From NCBI GenBank assembly GCA_020891255.1, contig BQFW01000010.1:310001-374000 (forward strand): a DNA stretch of 64,000 nucleotides, in the 5' to 3' direction. The position numbers were made by a program, and so were the translations under genes. Below the pieces are notes generated by a model. That model was not told the DNA's origin, did not search any database, and saw only the letters and a program-made list of their open reading frames with translations. Below, in pieces: positions 57,574 to 64,000 of this stretch (positions are counted from its first letter, which is position 1; every line of letters starts with the position of its first letter). Origin of the DNA: Entomortierella parvispora E1425 (Eukaryota; Fungi; Mortierellomycota).

Positions 57574-60500
57574 ATGCTCGGGACAACAGCTGCACAAGCA
57601 GGTATGTCGCCTTGTCTAGCTCATGTCGTGCTACTCTTACCTTCATGGCCCGCGAGCTCTAAATAAACCACAACGCTCTTCTAACCATGTAGATTTCCAA
57701 GCGCGTCCGTGGAGCAGCTTTGATACAACTGGAGCCAACCATGAAGACCTGGTTGCAGCTCAGCCGCCTTTACGCACCAAAGCCTCGTCGACATCCATCG
57801 CATCCGATACTTCCACAGGATCTGACACCACGTTTCTCTCCACTCTTTCATTTTCCACTACCACCGGCGCTCACTTCAGAACGCAAACCCAGGAGGAGCT
57901 ATTTCGTAACGGGGGAGTCGATGCTGGCGCAGACGATGAACAAGGGGACAATGAGGATGGTGGTTATGATCAGGATGAAGATGCAGAGAGCTTGGATTTA
58001 GACACGCTGGAGGTCGCCATACTCACGCCTAGAGAGAAAATGCGCATCATTACTCCTGGAGATCATCTTTCTTTAACACAACCACTGCATCGAAGGCAAG
58101 AGTCCCATTCGAGGGATCCATTTTTTCCTATCGATGAAATGGCGCAGGAGGAAGGAGAGGAGCAATACTCATCTTTGAAGTCACTGTCATTTTCCCCCAC
58201 TTCAAAACGACATACAAAGTCTTCAAGTCAACATAGCACAGATCGAGACACCATCAAAGGATACCATTCGATTGATGCCTCTTTATCGTCACTTTCAAAG
58301 GATATATCTTTCAAGAGCCGACGACTTCGATCTGATCGACAGCAGAACTCGCAGGACACCAAGTTAGCCCAGAAATATGAGCAGGAGCTCAGCCATCGTA
58401 GTGTTGAAGATTGGCGAGAAAGTCATCGGGAAGCCAGCGATGGCGCAGATGACGTTGCTGAAGAAGAGGACCACCAACCTACAGACATGCAGCTTGCATC
58501 CCCAGACTACAGAAAGAGCATGGCGCCGAGTCTCCAGAGTGATGTTGCAACGGATCATCTCTCTAGTCCCACAAAGGGCCGCGGTTCGTCTGTCTACCTG
58601 ACGTCAGAGACTCCTTACACGAACTTGTTGCGGGATGCGACCCTGATCATCGAACAGCAACAGCAGAGGCAGCCTGGACCAAGCACATGGATCCGAGGCG
58701 ACCATGGTTCCGACGAAGGTTCAAGCACCGCCCCTTCTAGAGATCCTAAAGCACAAGCATCGGAATCGAACCAGCGTGGAGCTGTCGGTATCGCACCTTT
58801 GGACTCTACGGGGTCAGCCACTAAGGAGCGCACCTCAGCCCCCAGCAACAGGAGCACACCGAAACGCTCGCGATCTCGACGCTTTTCCGCCCCAGGAAAC
58901 CAATTCTCTAGCCAAAGCTCCTTGTCTTCTCTATCACAGTCCACTAGAGCTGGAGCAGCTGGTGGACTGAAAATGTCTTCCGATAAGCAACCAAAAGATG
59001 AGGACATTCAAAAGACTCAGGCACGAGCACCCCAGGCTCTGAGTGAATATGAGACCAGGTTGCCCAGGGACCCAAGTGGCGGTGGAGATAGTGACGGCGA
59101 TGATTGTGGAGGCGCCAATCAGCAATCAAAAGCAGCCGGGTCATCCAAGCATGCGACGAATCTGTATCCACTACAACACCATCCAACCATGCAAGCTAGC
59201 GTGAATGCGACGTTGACGACAACGACAACAGATGGGCTTGTGCCGCCATCACTCCACCTCAACAATCAGTTACAGCAACGACATGACTTTCGACAAGGTG
59301 TCGTCTTTGAGTATTACGAGGGAGAATGGGACTGGCTGCCTAACTTTGATGAAATGCGACCCCTCCATGCAGGAATTGTCGGAAACTTTATGATTGACGA
59401 TACGACAGAGTGTGATCTCTTTCGTCCTCAAGGCCAGGAATTCATGGGAGCATCGCGACAAGGCAACAATAACCGCAGTCGACCAGCCAAAGAATCTGGC
59501 AATTTTGCAGTGCGATTCACGACCCATATTGACATTACCCAGGATGGTGTCTATTCCTTTTGGCTATCGTCCAATGATGGATCTGTTCTGTACATTGAAA
59601 ACAACTTGGTGGTCGAGAACGACGGGATGCATTACGCGACTGAGGTCGAGGGAAGGGTCTTGTTGCAGGCTGGGAAACATGCCATGACGGTCGAGTTCTT
59701 CCACAAAAATGGAAAGATGCTGGAGGGATTCCGATCCACGGGGCCGAGTCTTGTCGTCAGCTACCGTAAACCAGGACCAGTTTGGTCCTTTGGTCTTGCT
59801 GCTGGTCCTAAGAGGGTGATCAAGTCTTCCAACCTATTCTATGATCATGGAGGTAAAAACGCGTTTCGAGACTCGAAAGGAGGGATGCCAAGATCTCTGA
59901 TAGAAACCCCAGGGACGGGACTAACATCTCATCCGTTTGCATTGATTTCAATTACAGATGCCCGTCTTCGAAACTTATTGAACGAGTTCGGCGTGGATTC
60001 TATGGACAGGCATAGTCAGGGTCAGATGTCCCCTCTTTCTTACAGAGACCCTTCGTCAGATGGACGGAGCTGGCATAAGGAAATGAACAACTCTAATCAT
60101 GGTTACGGTCAAGATCTACGGTCACCGGATCAGCTTCAAACATCGGGGAACGGCGGTCGCGTGCCTGCTAGGCACCGGGTTATGAGTGGCGATATGGGTC
60201 AAATGCAACCCTCCACTCGGGAGTTGCTTGTTCAGATGGAAAACGCGAAAACGACTATCAAGGATCTCGAGAAGGTAAGAGTGACCTTTTGGCGAAGACA
60301 GCAGTTCGCTCTCAATTGAGAATCGGTCCATCAATCTTTTGTTTGAAAGATTTTAATTTTTGACCATCTATGGTTTTGGTGCCTATCATTTGTCCATAGA
60401 TCATCCAAGACCAGGCAGAGACGCACAAGAAAAAGATGTCTGATCTTTATGACATTCTGCAGGATACTCAGGCGCAAGTAGACCGATTCAAAACGGGATT

Positions 60501-61105
60501 GAAGCAGGCAACCTTATTTGAAAAGCCTAAAACGACGATCCATCCTAGTCACACCAGTAATCCCGCATGGAGAAACTCTGTTGTGTCTATCTACGTCGAT
60601 GCAGAGGAGGACCATCCTTTGAAATTTGGACAAGAGGGCGCCGAGGATGCCGAAGAAGGGAGCGATGGAGAGGCTGACAACACAGAGGCGGCCAATGCGG
60701 TAATAATGGAGGCTAGTTAATGAACAAGATTGAGACTGCCATATGTAGCAGTTTCATTGACCTTTACTGTACATTTTTGATGTCTCTTAGATCGGAGGAG
60801 AAGGAGACTTGCTGTTGGAAAAACACCTTCAAGATCTCGAAAAACTCAAGCAGATGTACTTTTTCTCCATGGCGCTTTCCGTCAAAATGAATTGTGAGAT
60901 GATGGCCTCCAGCAAGGTCGGTGTCACAGGTGCGGCAGCGTTGTCCACTGCTGCCTCGAGTCAAGGCGCCTCTCCAGAGTACACATCCACCTCGGTTCAG
61001 AAGCTCTACGAGGATTGTACATTTCTCCACAAGATTCCTGTCGAGGGCTGGCCAGGATTTGTGAGCCGACACTTTGCGAGTCGTGGACGTTATAATCGGA
61101 CTTGA
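57574..61105 (+). CDS. PA14-domain protein with long disordered N-terminus and C-terminal coiled-coil/helical region, ~5 exons
   Basis: Exons 57574-57601, 57693-59852, 59958-60274 (the 105-nt in-frame intron before it is uncertain), 60400-60699, 60791-61105. PA14 signature GVVFEYYEG...NFAVRFTTHIDITQDGVYSFWLSSNDGSVLYIENNLVVENDGMH...EGRVLLQAGKHAMTVEFF. No signal peptide is evident. Confidence 0.85.
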
Positions 61106-61232
61106 TCAATAAAAACACGAAGCAGCGCGACCCAACGCGACTTTTTGACATTGTGGGTGGCGTCCAGATACATTGATACATTCCATTTATTGTACAGTAC
61201 ACATACATGGTGTACATCTGCTGCTGCATCTC

Positions 61233-64000
61233 CTAGAGAGTGCGTTTCTTGGGAGGGGACATTGTGACATTGTTCTCAAACTTTTTGAAAATGGAGGCCA
61301 TGCTTGTTCTTTCCGAGAGTCCCTGATGCATCTTCAATCTGTCGGCCGCCGCTTCATGTCGGTCTTTCCATCGCTGAAGCCTCGATCCTTGCGCTTCGAG
61401 ATGGTTCTAACTCAAACAGAGGATTATAGAATCCAAATGAGAAATTAGAAAAAAAAAAAAGTGAAATTCAAGGGGCAAACTGGTGTCTCTTGGGGATCAA
61501 CATACCATGAAATTCCACAAAATGGCCAATGTGGGAGTGGTCATAAACTCCATTAGGCCACCTTCAGTACAAGGCAACTGCACCACATGTGGGGTGGCCT
61601 TTCCTGCCACCGCTACACCATCCATCTGCACCACCTGATACACAACTCCAGAGTATCCTATGGGATGGGATGGACATGTTAGCGTTCCTAACGAGGAGAT
61701 ATGAGATGGCTAACCGTGAATTAATCGATGCATTAATAGAGCTTACCAGCCACATCCGCCATCAAGACTGACGGGGCCTCAATGCCGTATTTAGCATGGG
61801 ATTCCTGGAGGCACCGTCCGAGTCTAACATTCTTTCTGTTTTGGATCCTTATCTCCGTCTCGTCGATACCCTGTCTCTTAAACTCGATATTAGAGAGTTC
61901 GATATCCCCCATCATGAAGAGACAGTCGGCCTTGCGGCCGGAATCGGAGGGATCTCCAAATTCAGAAGACTGCATCTGTCGTACAGCTTTCGAAGCCGCC
62001 ATCACTTTCTCCCCGCTAGAATTTGTGCCAGAAAGATATCCGTTAGAATGTGATTCACGTTTCAAAAATAGAAAAAAAAAAAAAAAAAAGAAAGAGGTAA
62101 GGGGATAATCGTTTTCCTTACGTGTGAAAAGTGACATTCCTGGCAAGCACTGATAGTACCGAGACCCACAGCATTAAAATATCGTTTTCTGAGGGCTGTT
62201 TTTTTCCGAAGGGGGGCTTGGTGACAAATTTGCAGCTGTAGCCAAAACGTTATTCGGTCAGAACATTGGCGACACAGTTGTGTCCATTTCAAGAAAGCTC
62301 ACTCAAGGAAACAGTCAAAGAGTTGGCATTTTTGAGGGTCACTTACAGTATCAGGAGAACTTGGAGAGTTCTGTCGGTCAGATCGGCGGATATAGGCAGG
62401 ACATCCTCGTTTGAATATTCTTCGTAGAGTTTCCCCAAATCCTGCGCAGCACGCCTTGATAATTGATGAACACCTTTGTCTACAAGAACATCCTCGTATT
62501 TTTTCAATATCCCAGTGGCAGGATAGTCATCCATCCTTTGGATTTCACAGAGACGACGTGCTCTTGGAATGATGTTGGGATCCAATTGGTCAAAGAATGA
62601 ACATGTGCGTCCAGATATAGTGTTGATGAGGCAAGACATCGCTACCCTATTCTCGAGATTGAGATAGAAGCGATTGTTTAAAATTACCCCACCAATTTCA
62701 ATTGTCAAAAAAAAAAAAACTTCACTTACTGTGCATCTTTCATAAGCATATCTCTCTCTTTGATAGGCTGGTTCACATATATCCTGAGAGTTTCCACGGC
62801 GTGTTGGAACAAGAGATTGTGGATATGGGGCATGGTCGGTTGTTCAGCTGGGAAGTTGATATCCGTCTCGCCGTTCACCTAAGGACCGATATTCACAGAT
62901 CAGTCAGCACCAGGAAAACTACAAATTTCTAGATGTCAAAGTTTGATACTTACGATCTTTATCAAGCAGCGCATGAGAGACTGCCAAGGTTCTTCCGTCT
63001 CAACAATGCTTCCTTTTCTTTTTCGTTTTGGCGATAAGGCCCCTGCTGTCGAGGTAGTGGATGATGCAGCAGATACAGGAGTCGAAGACGACGACGATGA
63101 CAAAGAAGATGGTGTCTGCAGTTGAGATGATGTTGACGCTTTCGTTGTCACTACTGGTGTTAGAGATGGTCTCGAATCTAATCGGCTCAAAGTCGCCGTT
63201 TCTACTATGGCCCAATCCAACATCACCACCAATAAAAGAATGTATTAATAACATGGCCTCTTGCTCAACCGAGCCACCCAATTAATGGCACGAGGGGAAA
63301 GCCAATGCAGCTCAACTCACCAGATGAATTTTCTCCCCTAAGGTTCAATAAACTCGCCTCACCATCTCCCTCATCATTTGCGTTTCCTCCCGACTTGTGG
63401 ATTGGAAGGGAGCCTATCAGGGAATCAAAAACGTTAGGGCCAGGCTTATCGAGTTGTGCATGTGGTGGTCAACATTCAAATACACAACGACATTGTATGG
63501 TGTGTAAGAGGAAATAATGGCCCAGCACTTACATTTTTTGTGCGCTTGATAGAACTCATCAAGTTGGCGCTGTGCCAGAGCCGTAAGGTGGGACGTAGAG
63601 CTTCCGTGGTGTAGTTTAGACTATTGAGCATTTTTGGATATAGCGGGTGACAATTTTCGATTCCAAAGGGTCAAAGACAGTTAGTAAGTATGAGCCGACA
63701 AAATCATATGTAGCGCATATGGTTCTTCGTCTACCTCTTCACGACCAGCGAGGTCAAGTCCTCTGGTGGTTTTTTGTTGCTCGAGTAACGACTTGTTTTT
63801 AGCCTGTACCAGCTTGAGCCTTTCCTCCTCTAGATAAGAGTACTCATAAGTGCCTTGCCGTGCCATATGTGTAGATTTTAACCAAATGAACAAAACCCTT
63901 ACCAATATCTGCTCGCGCCTCATCCACCAAAAGGCTCTCTGCATCCTCAAGGCGGATATCTGCGGTCACCTTCAAACGCTCAAGTCTCCGTTTTCTCCGT
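61233..64000 (-). CDS. Multi-exon hypothetical protein (5' end beyond window) with a putative PD-(D/E)XK-like C-terminal domain
   Basis: Manual splicing gives frame-consistent exons (e.g. ~62015-61747, 61657-61506, 61406-61233): PSENDILMLWVSVLSVLARNVTFHT|GEKVMAASK...SGRKADCLFMMGDIELSNIEFK...QNRKNVRLGRC...ADVAG|YSGVVYQV...LAILWNF. The upstream exons were parsed less fully. Confidence 0.7.

Overview
This is eukaryotic fungal DNA with GT-AG introns. Its gene families and style suggest Mucoromycota, most likely Mortierellaceae (inference). A conserved, intron-containing core block at ~15.1-36.9 kb holds an RRM+YTH protein, casein kinase I, RRP5 and a DHX16/Prp2-type DEAH helicase. It is flanked by two accessory regions dominated by intronless F-box/LRR-like genes: about 12 loci or fragments, of which only ~5 look intact. 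The left cluster is a mirror-symmetric gene array centred near 5.15 kb, and two of its members are disrupted by exact 8-bp tandem duplications. The right cluster is a tandem array of one ~920-aa F-box subfamily with duplicated or orphan 3' tails and a shared (CATCCTT)n upstream tract. It ends at a young 3.6-kb inverted duplication (arms ~50888-52481 and ~52931-54511, ~450-bp spacer) that encodes no recognisable transposase and contains internal tandem repeats and exon/intron-like signals. Beyond it lie an intronless secreted protein, a mosaic of duplicated promoter-like pieces with a perfect 18-bp hairpin, a PA14-domain protein and a multi-exon gene with a PD-(D/E)XK-like motif. No rRNA, tRNA, CRISPR array or autonomous transposon could be supported. 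Exon boundaries were read by eye and are untested.
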